From Synechococcales cyanobacterium VAR_4_metabat_354 (GTDB lineage Bacteria > Cyanobacteriota > Cyanobacteriia > Cyanobacteriales > Chamaesiphonaceae), in contig JANOQI010000016.1 of NCBI GenBank assembly GCA_031414775.1, positions 96,001 to 160,000 on the forward strand: a DNA stretch of 64,000 nt, in the 5' to 3' direction. Position 1 is the first letter of the stretch. Every line of letters starts with the position of its first letter. The translations under genes were made by a program, and so were the position numbers. The notes beneath the pieces were generated by a model. That model saw only the letters and a program-made list of their open reading frames with translations, was not told where the DNA came from and ran no database searches. Positions 53,952-64,000 of this stretch are shown one piece after another.

Positions 53952-54069
53952 GGAGTAGCAATGAAATAAGATACCGTTTGGGTGGTTGCAGGGAGATCGT
54001 TAACAAGGCAAGAGGTTTCTAGTTCGTTTCGATTGTAGCTAATGTTTATGTTAAGAAGGATTTAAAAGT

Positions 54070-54828
54070 ATGAAGCCCACGATCGAACGCATTATTATCG
54101 CAGTAGTGATATTTGTCACCATTATTGCTCTCAGTGTCAAAGTTGTCCCATCCGGCACAGTGGGAGTGGTTTCCACTTTTGGCGTAGTGCAATCACCACC
54201 GCGACAACCCGGTTTGAATTTCCTGATTCCCCTCGCCCAGACAGTCCAAGAGATTTCCATTCAAACCAAGGCTATCCCCGAAGAATTTACGGTGCAGACT
54301 AGAGATTCGCAACAGATTAAGGTGACAGCAACGGCCACCTATGCGATCAATCCGCCCAACGCCCCAGCGATCGTCGCCAATATTGGCCGTACAGAGGATG
54401 CAGTCAGAAATGTGGTAATTCAGCCAATTCTCATATCTTCGGTAAAACGAGTGGTAACGGCTTATGCCATGCAAGAAGTTATTGAGAATCAGGCGCGGAT
54501 TAGTGGCGAGATTCGGGAAGATATTGTGAAAGAACTGGACAAGCAGGGCTATGTGAATTTTCGCGATTTTGCCGTGACCGGGTTTGTGCTAGATATTGAA
54601 GTACAGAAGTCGATCGAACAAAAACAGATTGCGATTCAGGAACGGCAGCGGAAGCTGACGGAGTTGGAAACCGCGCAGATTGAGGCGCAACGGCTAAAAA
54701 CCTTAGATGCGGTGTTGTCTGATCGGATTCTTTTGAAACAGGCGATCGATAAGTGGGATGGTAGTTCGATGATTCCGCCGATGGCTGGGGGAGGGAATTT
54801 AAATCTGTTACTGTCTCCTAAGAAATAA
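54070..54828 (+). CDS. SPFH/prohibitin family protein
   Basis: N-terminal TM helix, GVVSTFG, PGLNF, SIEQKQIA, KWDG. Confidence 0.88.
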   Translation: MKPTIERIIIAVVIFVTIIALSVKVVPSGTVGVVSTFGVVQSPPRQPGLNFLIPLAQTVQEISIQTKAIPEEFTVQTRDSQQIKVTATATYAINPPNAPAIVANIGRTEDAVRNVVIQPILISSVKRVVTAYAMQEVIENQARISGEIREDIVKELDKQGYVNFRDFAVTGFVLDIEVQKSIEQKQIAIQERQRKLTELETAQIEAQRLKTLDAVLSDRILLKQAIDKWDGSSMIPPMAGGGNLNLLLSPKK

Positions 54829-54929
54829 GTATGATCTTTATAAGACTATAAGAGTGGTTTTTATTTATGGGCACTAAAGTCTGTTTTATTTGGTCTAATC
54901 GATCTTACCCTTTAAGCCATCTACCACTT

Positions 54930-55607
54930 ATGAAACAATTTATACCAGTGGCTATAATTAGCCTGACCGCATGCGCTAGCCATTGGCCAGCTGTAGCTGG
55001 TGAGATCGCCCCTCGGGTGCTGATATCACAGTCTAGCTATGGACGCGAGCGAGATTTATTGGCTGCTGGTCTGACTAAGTACCAAAAAGGTGATTACCAA
55101 GGCGCGATCTCGGACTACAGTAAAGCGATCGATCTCAACCGCAATTATGCCGAAGCGTACAATAATCGGGGTAATGCCCGCGCGGCAATCAACCAACGCT
55201 CAGCGGCGATCAATGATTTTACTCAAGCAGTACGAATTAACAGCAATGATGAATATGCCTATAGCAATAGAGGCACAGTGTACCTGGAAGATGGCAAAAA
55301 AGAACAAGCCCTGACCGATTTCAATAAAGCCATCAAAATCAATCCTAGTTATGCCAAAGCTTATTATCATCGCGGCTTGGCCAATTCTGATTTAGGCAAC
55401 TGGCGGGAAGCGGTCTCGGACTTTACCAATGCAATTTCGCGCTCTTCCCAATATGCCAAGGCTTACTATCAGCGTGCTGATGTGAAGGAACGTGATGGCG
55501 ATCGCAGCGGTGCTAGGACAGATTTCCAAAAAGCGGCAGATCTCTACAAGCAGCAAGGAAAAATATCTAGCTACCAAGAATCTTTGGAGCGGTCACGCCG
55601 ATTGTGA
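54930..55607 (+). CDS. Exported TPR protein
   Basis: Signal peptide; repeated AYxNRG / AIxDF TPR units. Confidence 0.88.
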   Translation: MKQFIPVAIISLTACASHWPAVAGEIAPRVLISQSSYGRERDLLAAGLTKYQKGDYQGAISDYSKAIDLNRNYAEAYNNRGNARAAINQRSAAINDFTQAVRINSNDEYAYSNRGTVYLEDGKKEQALTDFNKAIKINPSYAKAYYHRGLANSDLGNWREAVSDFTNAISRSSQYAKAYYQRADVKERDGDRSGARTDFQKAADLYKQQGKISSYQESLERSRRL

Positions 55608-55650
55608 TCGATCGTCTCTGGCGGGAGCAAATCTATATCAATACTTTAAA

Positions 55651-55691
55651 ACGCTGGTGAAAACTTAGTTGCATTAAGTCTTCGCCAGCGT
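55651..55691. terminator. Hairpin between convergent TPR and metK genes
   Basis: ACGCTGGTGAAAACTTA / TAAGTCTTCGCCAGCGT imperfect stem. Confidence 0.5.
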
Positions 55692-55725
55692 CTCTAACTT
55701 CTGTCGTATTAACTAGCAGCCAAAG

Positions 55726-56979
55726 CTAGACAGTTGCCAATTGTTGAGCCGCTTTCGATAAAACATCCGCCTTATCGGTTTTCTCCCAGGGTAAATCTAG
55801 ATCATTGCGACCAAAGTGACCATAGGCCGCCACATCCTGATAGAAGCGACCATTACGCTCCCCGGGTAGTTGGCGTAGGCCAAAGGTGGCTAGAATACCT
55901 GCTGGGCGAAGTTCAAAATGCTTTTCCACCAGATCCAAAATGTCGTCATCGCTAATCTTGCCCGTACCAAAGGTATCGACCAAAATACTTACGGGACGAG
56001 CAACTCCGATCGCATAGCTGAGTTGCACTTCGCATTTTTCAGCCAAACCAGAGGCAACCACGTTCTTCGCGACGTGACGACAAGCATAAGCAGCAGATCT
56101 ATCTACCTTGGTGGGATCTTTGCCCGAAAAGGCGCCACCGCCGTGGCGAGAGTAACCACCGTAGGTATCGACAATAATTTTGCGACCAGTTAGACCAGCA
56201 TCGCCTTGCGGGCCACCAATAACAAACTTACCGGTCGGATTCACCAAATACTTAGTGGCACCGTCGGGCTTAATGCTGAGGTCAGAGAAGACTGGCTCGA
56301 CAACATTTTTCCACAGCTCATCTTTGATCTTTTTCTGCACACCAGCGTCATCGGTAATGTCACCAATGGTGGCATCATGCTGAGTCGAGAGTAAAATCGT
56401 ATCGATCGCTACTGGTTTACCACCTTCGTAAGCGATCGTGACTTGGGTTTTACCATCAGGACGCAAGTAAGACATGATCCCAGTTTTACGGACTACTGCC
56501 ATCTGCCGAGCCAGCCGGTGCGCCACACTAATGGGGAGGGGCATTAGCTCTGGTGTTTCGTTACAGGCATACCCAAACATAATGCCTTGGTCGCCTGCTC
56601 CAATTTTGTCGAAGCTATCGCTGCTGTTATCGTCCCGAGTTTCTTGGGCTGTATCTACACCTTGGGCAATATCCGCCGACTGTTGATCGAGGGCGATTAG
56701 TACCGAAGCGCTGTTGGCAGAAAAGCCATTATCGGCATCGGTGTAGCCAATTTCAGCAATTTTGGCACGAGCTAAATCAATGTAGTTGACTTGAGCTTTG
56801 CTAGTAATCTCACCTGTAATGAGAACTAAACCCGTGTTGACAACCACTTCTGCTGCCACTCGACTAGCCGGATCCTGTGCTAGTAAAGCGTCCAGAATAG
56901 TATCGGAAATTTGGTCACAGATTTTGTCAGGATGTCCTTCTGTGACTGATTCTGAGGTAAATAAGTAGCGACGAGACAA
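55726..56979 (-). CDS. metK: S-adenosylmethionine synthetase
   Basis: [31 protein letters not shown] start with GGAGG upstream. Confidence 0.97.
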   Translation of the reverse strand: MSRRYLFTSESVTEGHPDKICDQISDTILDALLAQDPASRVAAEVVVNTGLVLITGEITSKAQVNYIDLARAKIAEIGYTDADNGFSANSASVLIALDQQSADIAQGVDTAQETRDDNSSDSFDKIGAGDQGIMFGYACNETPELMPLPISVAHRLARQMAVVRKTGIMSYLRPDGKTQVTIAYEGGKPVAIDTILLSTQHDATIGDITDDAGVQKKIKDELWKNVVEPVFSDLSIKPDGATKYLVNPTGKFVIGGPQGDAGLTGRKIIVDTYGGYSRHGGGAFSGKDPTKVDRSAAYACRHVAKNVVASGLAEKCEVQLSYAIGVARPVSILVDTFGTGKISDDDILDLVEKHFELRPAGILATFGLRQLPGERNGRFYQDVAAYGHFGRNDLDLPWEKTDKADVLSKAAQQLATV

Positions 56980-57146
56980 GTAATAATCCTCCGTGAATTT
57001 AGAATCGACCAGGGTTAATGAGATACAGCGGCAACCTACAAACATTTGTTAAGAAGACTTGATGTAATCTTAACCACTACCAACTTTGTAAATCACTCTA
57101 GCAGTTAACGGGACTTAACATGTTAAGTGAATAATTAGAGTTAATC

Positions 57147-58283
57147 TTAGCTACCCAGTATTTGAGCTGCTGCTGCTACCCCAGACTGTTTCGCCGGATG
57201 ACCTAATTCGGCTAGGGTGCCTTCGAGGGCGGCCAAAGCAGTGAGAATATCTCGATCGCACACAAAACCCAAATGTCCAATACGGAAGACTTGACCTTTG
57301 AGGTGATCTTGACCGCCAGCGAGGACAATGTCGTACTTTTTCTTCATCACGCTGCGGATTTGTTCGGCATCGGTGGTGGCCACCGCCGTAATGGCTGGGC
57401 TACCATAACCTTCTGGAGCGTAGAGTTCTAAGCCCATCGCTTGAATGGCTGCTCTAGTGGCGGCGCGATGGCGATGATGGCGAGCAAAGATGTTTTCTAA
57501 ACCTTCCCGTTTCATCATATTTAGAGCAGCTTGCAGCGCAAAGATGAGGTTCACTGGTGGCGTAAAAGGCGTGGTATCTTTGGCGGCATCTTTTTTGTAC
57601 TTGCCCAGATCCATATAAAATTTGGGGATCTTGGCGGTTTCGTAAGCTGCCCAAGCTTTAGCACTGACAGCCACAAAGCCTAAACCGGGAGGAATCATAA
57701 AGCCTTTTTGAGAACCAGAACACACTACGTCTAGACCCCAGTCATCGATCGGTACATTAGTTGCTCCTAAGCTGGTGACGGCATCGACAATCATCAAGGC
57801 ACCATGAGCTTTGACGTGCTTGTTGATGGTTTCTAAATCGTTAATTACGCCCGTGGAAGTTTCACTGTGGGTAATGACTACGCCTTTAATTTGTTTTTGG
57901 CTATCCGCTGCCAAGGCTGCTTGCACATCAGCTGGATTCAAGGGCTGTCCCCAGGGAGCCGTTACTTCTACTACATCCAGGCTAAAAGCTTTGGCGACAA
58001 TTGCCCAGCGCTCACCAAATTTACCGTTGTGTAAAACCAGGATTCGATCGCCAGGGCTAAAGAAGTTGATAATGCCTGCTTCCATCGCGCCAGTGCCCGA
58101 AGCAGTCAGCATCAGAACATCATTAGTAGTTTGGTGTAACCATTTGAGGTTGGCGGTCACCTCGGCCATGATTTGACTGAATTCACCGCTGCGATGGCCG
58201 ATCGGATGTTTAGCAAGAGCTAACAAAACATTCTCTGGCACTGGGGTGGGGCCAGGAATCATCAACATTAATTTATTTTCCAT
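57147..58283 (-). CDS. Class V aminotransferase (alanine-glyoxylate/serine-pyruvate type)
   Basis: LMIPGPTP, SGTGAME, HSETSTG, GSQKG, FRIGHLG. Confidence 0.92.
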   Translation of the reverse strand: MENKLMLMIPGPTPVPENVLLALAKHPIGHRSGEFSQIMAEVTANLKWLHQTTNDVLMLTASGTGAMEAGIINFFSPGDRILVLHNGKFGERWAIVAKAFSLDVVEVTAPWGQPLNPADVQAALAADSQKQIKGVVITHSETSTGVINDLETINKHVKAHGALMIVDAVTSLGATNVPIDDWGLDVVCSGSQKGFMIPPGLGFVAVSAKAWAAYETAKIPKFYMDLGKYKKDAAKDTTPFTPPVNLIFALQAALNMMKREGLENIFARHHRHRAATRAAIQAMGLELYAPEGYGSPAITAVATTDAEQIRSVMKKKYDIVLAGGQDHLKGQVFRIGHLGFVCDRDILTALAALEGTLAELGHPAKQSGVAAAAQILGS

Positions 58284-58380
58284 GATGTTTTTCTCTAAAT
58301 CTCTAAATAGTTTCTGGGTGAATTCAACTAGCGGCCACGCTTAGACAGGACATTCTAACCTGGATTGCTTATTTTTTTGT

Positions 58381-59268
58381 TTAGCTGACGCTGTATAGAT
58401 CGATAATCGCTTGGGTTGGATCGGGTTGCTTAATTAAGGATTCACCGACTAGGACTGCCCGGGCACCAGCATTTTTGACAGCAGTTAAGTCAGCGGGCTG
58501 ATGAATTCCCGACTCGCTGACGACCAAAATCTGTCGATCGATCAACTGCTGACCATACTTGTTCATTAGCTCAGCGGTGGTTTGCAAGTCTACCTCAAAG
58601 TTAGTGAGATTACGGTTATTAATCCCAATTAAGTTCACGCCTTCCAAGGTGAGAACTCGTTCTAACTCTTCGGCCGTATGGACTTCAATCAGAGCAGTCA
58701 TACCCAACGCCTTGATAATTTTCAGGAAATACTGCAAATCGCCATCGGGTAAAATCGCCGCAATCAGCAACACCGCATCGGCACCATGCTTGCGCCCCAG
58801 ATAAATCTGGTAGGGATAGATCACGAACTCTTTGCAGAGTAAGGGCAAATCCACCGCTGATCGCACTTTCGACAAGTTCTCGAAGCTGCCTTGAAAGAAC
58901 TTGCTATCAGTTAGTACTGACAGGCAACTCGCCCCACCCTGTTGGTATGCTTGGGCGATCGCCACTGGATCAAAGTCTGATCGGATCACGCCTTTACTGG
59001 GCGAGGCTTTTTTGACCTCAGCAATCAGGGCGGGCTGCAACTTACTGGTGTTTAAAGCTGCCCAGAAATCACGGGGCGGTGGCGCGGCGGCCAGTTGTTG
59101 ACGCAGGTCGGCCAAAGGCAACTTTTCGCGCCAACGGGCTACTTCTCGTTCCTTTTGCCAAACTATTTCTTCCAGGATGTGCCGAGGCTTACTATCCGGC
59201 ACCTTAATCTGAAATTCTAAGTTGCTGATATTGACCGACAAACCGGGCTGGATGCGGCGTATTTCCAT
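58381..59268 (-). CDS. trpC: Indole-3-glycerol phosphate synthase
   Basis: [34 protein letters not shown]. Confidence 0.96.
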   Translation of the reverse strand: MEIRRIQPGLSVNISNLEFQIKVPDSKPRHILEEIVWQKEREVARWREKLPLADLRQQLAAAPPPRDFWAALNTSKLQPALIAEVKKASPSKGVIRSDFDPVAIAQAYQQGGASCLSVLTDSKFFQGSFENLSKVRSAVDLPLLCKEFVIYPYQIYLGRKHGADAVLLIAAILPDGDLQYFLKIIKALGMTALIEVHTAEELERVLTLEGVNLIGINNRNLTNFEVDLQTTAELMNKYGQQLIDRQILVVSESGIHQPADLTAVKNAGARAVLVGESLIKQPDPTQAIIDLYSVS

Positions 59269-59273
59269 GGGTG

Positions 59274-60704
59274 CTAATGGGCAAAGGCCGCTTTTTTGAA
59301 GGCATCATCCAACACTTCGGAGAGGGTGGGATGAGCGTGGGTAATCTGGGCTAGTTCTTTGATGGATTGCCGGGCAGCGATGGCATTAGCCGCTTCTTGA
59401 ATTAAATCAGAGGCATGAAGACCAATGATGTGAGTACCAAGCAGTTCACCAGTATCAGTCCGATAAATCACTTTAGCTAGGCCATCAGCTTCGCCTTCGG
59501 CGATGGCCTTGGAGTTACCTTTAAAGTAGCTCTTGGCAGTGGCTACAGTGAAACCCTGAGTGGCACCCTGCTCTTTTGCTTGGGCTTCGGTCAGTCCCAC
59601 AAAACTAATCTCGGGGTGGGTAAAAGCAGCAGCTGGAATACTTTGATAATCGACGGTGCGCGGATGGCCACAGATATTATCTACTGCCACTATGCCTTGG
59701 GTGGCAGCGGTGTGCGCCAGCATCATCTTGCCGGTGGCATCGCCAATTGCCCAGGTATTGGCTACTGGCTGACCGTCAATCAACACTTGCATTCGATCGT
59801 TCACCGGAATAAAGCCCCGTTCTAAGGTGACTCCGATCGATTCCAAATTAAGGTTTTTGGTATCGGGTACCCGACCGGTGGCGACCAGACAGGCATCGAC
59901 TTCCAGCACTTCTACAATTTCTTTGGTCTGGGCGTTGGCTAGCTCAATTGTGACCGGACTGCCGGGGGTGATTTTCATCGCCAACATCCCGGATCTAGTT
60001 TCCACATCACGCGGTTTGAGCAAAATCCGCTCAGCGAGGGTAGCAATATCTCGATCGAACGTCGGCATCAGTTGGTCTACAGCTTCAATGATCGTAACTT
60101 CTGAACCCAGGGCGGTATAAACATCAGCAAACTCTAGACCAATATAGCCACTGCCGATAATCGCCACCCAATCGGGCACCGATTCCAGCTTAATCGCATC
60201 ATCGCTGGTGAAAACAGTCTTACCATCTAGCTGAATTCCGGGTGGGACGAAGGGCATCGAGCCAGAGGAAATAATAATGTCTCGGCCGGTGATAATCTGG
60301 TCGCCTGCGGGGGTGGTGACACTGACCTTTTGGGTGCCAACAACTTGGCCGTAGCCTCTAATAATGTCTACTTTCAGGCGGGTCAAGCTATTGGTCAGAT
60401 CGCCCCGTAATTTGCTCACAATGTTACCAGCATGATCGGCAATGGCCTGTCGATCGTAGGTCACGGCTCCCACCTGAATGCCCAAAGCCCGGAGATGCTG
60501 AGTATCACGCATTTCCCGAACACGCCCAGAGGCCGCCAGCAGTGCTTTGGATGGAATGCAACCCCGATTGACGCAGGTGCCACCCATATCGCCTGCTTCA
60601 ATGATGGCAGTTTTGAGACCACAACTCACGGCATGGATGGCTGCGCCGTGGCCGCCTACTCCAGCCCCAATAATTACTAAATCATAGTCAAATTGTTGAC
60701 TCAC
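59274..60704 (-). CDS. lpdA: Dihydrolipoyl dehydrogenase
   Basis: [25 protein letters not shown]. Confidence 0.96.
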   Translation of the reverse strand: MSQQFDYDLVIIGAGVGGHGAAIHAVSCGLKTAIIEAGDMGGTCVNRGCIPSKALLAASGRVREMRDTQHLRALGIQVGAVTYDRQAIADHAGNIVSKLRGDLTNSLTRLKVDIIRGYGQVVGTQKVSVTTPAGDQIITGRDIIISSGSMPFVPPGIQLDGKTVFTSDDAIKLESVPDWVAIIGSGYIGLEFADVYTALGSEVTIIEAVDQLMPTFDRDIATLAERILLKPRDVETRSGMLAMKITPGSPVTIELANAQTKEIVEVLEVDACLVATGRVPDTKNLNLESIGVTLERGFIPVNDRMQVLIDGQPVANTWAIGDATGKMMLAHTAATQGIVAVDNICGHPRTVDYQSIPAAAFTHPEISFVGLTEAQAKEQGATQGFTVATAKSYFKGNSKAIAEGEADGLAKVIYRTDTGELLGTHIIGLHASDLIQEAANAIAARQSIKELAQITHAHPTLSEVLDDAFKKAAFAH

Positions 60705-61011
60705 GCCAGGAAACCCTCATTAATAATGCGCCAATACTGCGCCGACTTCTTCTGGCTTTATTCTCGCTCTCCCTGATCGCTCTTGTAAAGGGCTGAGACT
60801 GTGTATGTTGAAAAGTATAAATTTGAGATTGAGGGAAATGCGCTACTTACTACTATTGGCTGATTCGCAATATATGATCTTGCTAGTATTGCGATTGTCT
60901 TGTTAGTATCGACTTAGAAAAAGCCTATAAACTACACGCACACGTAAAAGATATTAGAGAACCAAATTCACACTAGGCTCTACGTGCTGTTTATTTGAAA
61001 ATTTTATTATC

Positions 61012-61959
61012 ATGACATTACTTACTATTGCTATCCCGTCTTTTAACAGAGCGACTTTGCTAGATAACCAACTATCTTGGCTGTGCCAAGAAATTAAAGG
61101 CTGCGAATCAGAGTGCGAAATCTTAGTATCAGATAACTCTTCTACAGATGATACGGCCGATATCATCAAAAAATGGCAAAGGAATAGCAAAAATATTTCT
61201 TGGAGCGTCAACAGAAATCCTGAAAATATTGGGGTGATGCGGAATATTTCTTATTGCTTACAAAACGCTGCAAGTGAATATGTGTGGGTAATTGGGGATG
61301 ATGATGATATTAAACCAGGCACCCTCAGCTATGTGCTCAACAGCTTTAAACAAGATCCGGAGTTAACCTTACTGACTCTTAACTACTCGATGTTTGATGT
61401 CACTACCAGTACTCTCAAAAAAGCATCCAGGTTTAGTCTTGATCAGGACAAAATTATTCAGGGTTGTATGACCGAAAGCGATCAAATTGAATACCCGATG
61501 GTCTTGGGATTGGGGTTTATGTCTGCTCAAATCTATCACACCACCACCGTCCAGCGTGCGATCGCCAGTTGGCCACATGCTTTGAATAATTTGGAAGTGC
61601 AGATATACTGGGGCGCATTTTGCGCTGCACAAGGTAATTCTAAAGTTACTAAAAGTGTTTATGTCCAATATAATTGTGGCGATAATACCCTGTCTAAACC
61701 ACGTAACTGGTTTAAATGTTATTACTGCGATGCCCCCAACGTGTATTTGAAAATGCTGGGAATTGGTTATCACAAGAAATTCATGAGAGATCTGCTGATT
61801 AAAACATTTTTTAATCAGCACGAGTTTAAAGCTATTATCAAAGGAATTATCAAATGGCCAACCTTGGGAGTTAACGTAATTCAAGCTCTGGGTCTGTTGT
61901 TGATTACTTGCAACTTGCCAATTGGCAATAATCTCACCATCAATCCAGTTAGAAAATAG
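61012..61959 (+). CDS. Glycosyltransferase family 2
   Basis: IAIPSFNR, SDNSSTD, NIG, GDDD. Confidence 0.88.
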   Translation: MTLLTIAIPSFNRATLLDNQLSWLCQEIKGCESECEILVSDNSSTDDTADIIKKWQRNSKNISWSVNRNPENIGVMRNISYCLQNAASEYVWVIGDDDDIKPGTLSYVLNSFKQDPELTLLTLNYSMFDVTTSTLKKASRFSLDQDKIIQGCMTESDQIEYPMVLGLGFMSAQIYHTTTVQRAIASWPHALNNLEVQIYWGAFCAAQGNSKVTKSVYVQYNCGDNTLSKPRNWFKCYYCDAPNVYLKMLGIGYHKKFMRDLLIKTFFNQHEFKAIIKGIIKWPTLGVNVIQALGLLLITCNLPIGNNLTINPVRK

Positions 61960-61982
61960 CTGTGATGGCAGCTCTTGTTCAA

Positions 61983-62279
61983 TTATGGTGTCTGACGATT
62001 TTTTTCAGGATTTTGAGGAGTGAGACTGGAGCGATTATCCCAGCGGTAAAGAGTAATCATTAGTGCAACTACGCCTACTTGGAGAGCGAGATTGGGAATA
62101 GTGTTGGCGAGATCACGACCAGCGGCTAGTCTGGCCAAGAATACTACGCCGCCAATGAAGCCCGAACCGGCAAAAGCCAGATAAAAAAACTTGCGTAATC
62201 CTTTGTATGGTGATTTGGCCTCGGTTTTAAGTCTTTTGTATAGCTCTGGATCGATATCTTTAATTGGTGATTTGGTCAT
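61983..62279 (-). CDS. DUF3493 domain protein
   Basis: RLKTEAKSPYKGLRKFFYLAFAGSG, NLALQ. Confidence 0.82.
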   Translation of the reverse strand: MTKSPIKDIDPELYKRLKTEAKSPYKGLRKFFYLAFAGSGFIGGVVFLARLAAGRDLANTIPNLALQVGVVALMITLYRWDNRSSLTPQNPEKNRQTP

Positions 62280-62324
62280 AAAATTTTAGTCGGTGCAATG
62301 TATCCTCTATATTAGAAGTAAGTC

Positions 62325-62396
62325 GCCGATGTAGCTCAGTGGTAGAGCACTCGATTCGTAATCGAGCGGCCGTGAGTTCGACTCTCATCATCGGCT
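62325..62396 (+). tRNA. tRNA-Thr (CGT)
   Basis: GCCGATG/CATCGGC acceptor stem, AGCTCAGTGGTAGAGC D-arm, CTCGA-TTCGTAA-TCGAG anticodon arm, GTTCGA T-loop; no encoded CCA. Confidence 0.96.
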
Positions 62397-62467
62397 TCAT
62401 CTAAGATATGAAGCAGCCTGAATAGCTGTCACCAAGCTATAACCATAAGTTTTTCGAGATATTGAGT

Positions 62468-64000
62468 ATGCTGCGCATTACCGAAATAAAGCTTCCGATC
62501 GATCACATCGCGGGTGAAATCAAGGCAGCTATTCTCCGGAAGCTGCATCTTCAGGCTCCAGACTTAATTAGCTATTCGATCTTCAAGCGCAGCTATGATG
62601 CTCGCCAAAAAGGCGAAATCCGCTTGGTCTATATTGTGGATGTGGAAACCACCAAAGAAAAATATTTACTGAACCAGTTCAAGAAAGATCCCCATGTACT
62701 GGCCACACCGGACATGAGTTATCGATCGGTGGCTCATGCTCCCCATAACTTGGCACACCGTCCAATCGTGATTGGGGCTGGCCCTTGTGGTTTGTTCGCG
62801 GCTTTGCTGTTAGCACAGATGGGATTTCGTCCGATCGTACTAGAACGGGGCAAGAAAGTACGCGATCGCACTGCCGATACTTTTGGTTTTTGGAAAAAGC
62901 GGCTGGAATTCAACCCGGAATCCAATGCCCAATTTGGCGAGGGTGGGGCTGGTACTTTTTCGGATGGCAAACTTTACAGCCAAGTGAAAGATCCGCAGCA
63001 CTACGGACGGAAGGTTTTAACTGAGTTTGTGAAGGCGGGCGCTTCCCCAGAAATCCTGTACATCAATAAACCCCACATCGGTACTTTCAAGCTGGTGGGG
63101 ATTGTCCAAAATTTCCGCGCTCAGATCGAAGCATTGGGCGGTGAATTTCGGTTTCAAAGCCGCGTGACTGATCTAGATGTTGTAGATGGCCAGGTGCGGG
63201 GCTTGACTGTAGCGAGTGGCGAATATCTACGCAGTGACCATCTGGTTTTAGCCGTGGGGCACAGCGCCCGCGATACATTCCAAATGTTGTTCGATCGCGG
63301 GGTGTATCTGGAGGCCAAACCCTTCTCGATCGGCTTTCGGATTGAACATCCCCAAACCATGATTGATACTTGTCGGTTTGGGGCGCAAGCTGGCCACAAA
63401 GTTTTGGGAGCGGCGGATTACAAGCTAGTGCATCACTGTCAAAACGGTCGATCGGTTTATAGTTTTTGCATGTGTCCGGGTGGTCTGGTGGTGGCAGCGA
63501 CCTCGGAGACCGGGCGGGTGGTGACCAATGGGATGAGCCAGTATTCGCGCAATGAAAGGAATGCTAATAGTGGAATTGTAGTGGGCATCTCACCGACCGA
63601 TTATCCTGGCTATGCTCTGGCCGGGATTGATTTGCAACGGCGATTAGAAGAACAAGCCTTTGTGTTGGGTGGTAGTAACTATGCAGCACCGGGGCAATTA
63701 GTAGGGGATTTTTTGGCCGATCGATCTTCCACCACTTTAGGGACAGTTAAGCCTTCTTATACGCCTGGCGTGCATTTGGGCGATCTGAGTCAGAGTTTGC
63801 CAGATTATGCGATCGAAGCGATTCGGGAAGCTTTGCCAGCTTTCGATAAACAAATTAAAGGTTTTGCAATGGCTGATGCGGTATTGACGGGTGTGGAGAC
63901 GCGCACTTCTTCGCCGATTCGGATTAAACGTAATGAATATTATCAGAGTTTGAATACGGTTGGTTTGTATCCAGCGGGGGAGGGAGCGGGCTATGCTGGG
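62468..64000 (+). CDS. NAD(P)/FAD-dependent oxidoreductase, runs off window end
   Basis: Not in ORF track; MLRITEIKLPIDH, IGAGPCGLFAAL, QFGEGGAGTFSDGKL, FCMCPGG, VETRTSSP, YPAGEGAGYA. Confidence 0.92.
   Translation, partial: MLRITEIKLPIDHIAGEIKAAILRKLHLQAPDLISYSIFKRSYDARQKGEIRLVYIVDVETTKEKYLLNQFKKDPHVLATPDMSYRSVAHAPHNLAHRPIVIGAGPCGLFAALLLAQMGFRPIVLERGKKVRDRTADTFGFWKKRLEFNPESNAQFGEGGAGTFSDGKLYSQVKDPQHYGRKVLTEFVKAGASPEILYINKPHIGTFKLVGIVQNFRAQIEALGGEFRFQSRVTDLDVVDGQVRGLTVASGEYLRSDHLVLAVGHSARDTFQMLFDRGVYLEAKPFSIGFRIEHPQTMIDTCRFGAQAGHKVLGAADYKLVHHCQNGRSVYSFCMCPGGLVVAATSETGRVVTNGMSQYSRNERNANSGIVVGISPTDYPGYALAGIDLQRRLEEQAFVLGGSNYAAPGQLVGDFLADRSSTTLGTVKPSYTPGVHLGDLSQSLPDYAIEAIREALPAFDKQIKGFAMADAVLTGVETRTSSPIRIKRNEYYQSLNTVGLYPAGEGAGYAG

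Noticed and set aside
56980..57146. SAM riboswitch in the metK leader
   Set aside because: No SAM-I/II consensus elements recognisable.
61369..61884. 171-aa antisense ORF, and similar antisense ORFs throughout the window
   Set aside because: Lie wholly opposite well-supported genes and show no motifs.
62325..62396. tRNA-Thr as an island integration site
   Set aside because: No duplicated tRNA 3' end or integrase seen; flanking genes are ordinary.

Overview
Chromosomal segment of a cyanobacterium. Evidence: dense CGATCG/HIP1-type palindromes and cyanobacterial orthologues of zds, ycf37, rpoZ and glgC. Most of the window is housekeeping or conserved genes: a nucleotide-sugar cluster (ugd start, UDP-GlcA decarboxylase, SDR, lhgO, SAF oxidoreductase, rfbC, rfbF), aspS, a probable 6S RNA, a ClC channel, typA, rpoZ, queG-HAD-crcB, rpmI-rplT, fabG, prs, folD, three minor pilins, rpmB, glgC, metK, trpC, lpdA and tRNA-Thr(CGT). 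The most unusual part is an accessory hotspot at about 23.6-27.05 kb. There, three minus-strand fragments of the 3' end of one DUF4132/DUF5724-type gene are interleaved with an intact ABC-ATPase + TOPRIM-like (DUF4276) pair (candidate anti-phage system), an antitoxin + truncated PemK/MazF pair and a decayed IS. The fragments break at or near CGATC(G) sites, and two of them differ mostly at synonymous positions. Also notable: an ACP-fold orphan lacking the phosphopantetheine serine, and a TetR/tautomerase islet with two clear operators. All family calls come from motif recognition by eye; no database search was run, and mismatch counts are by hand.
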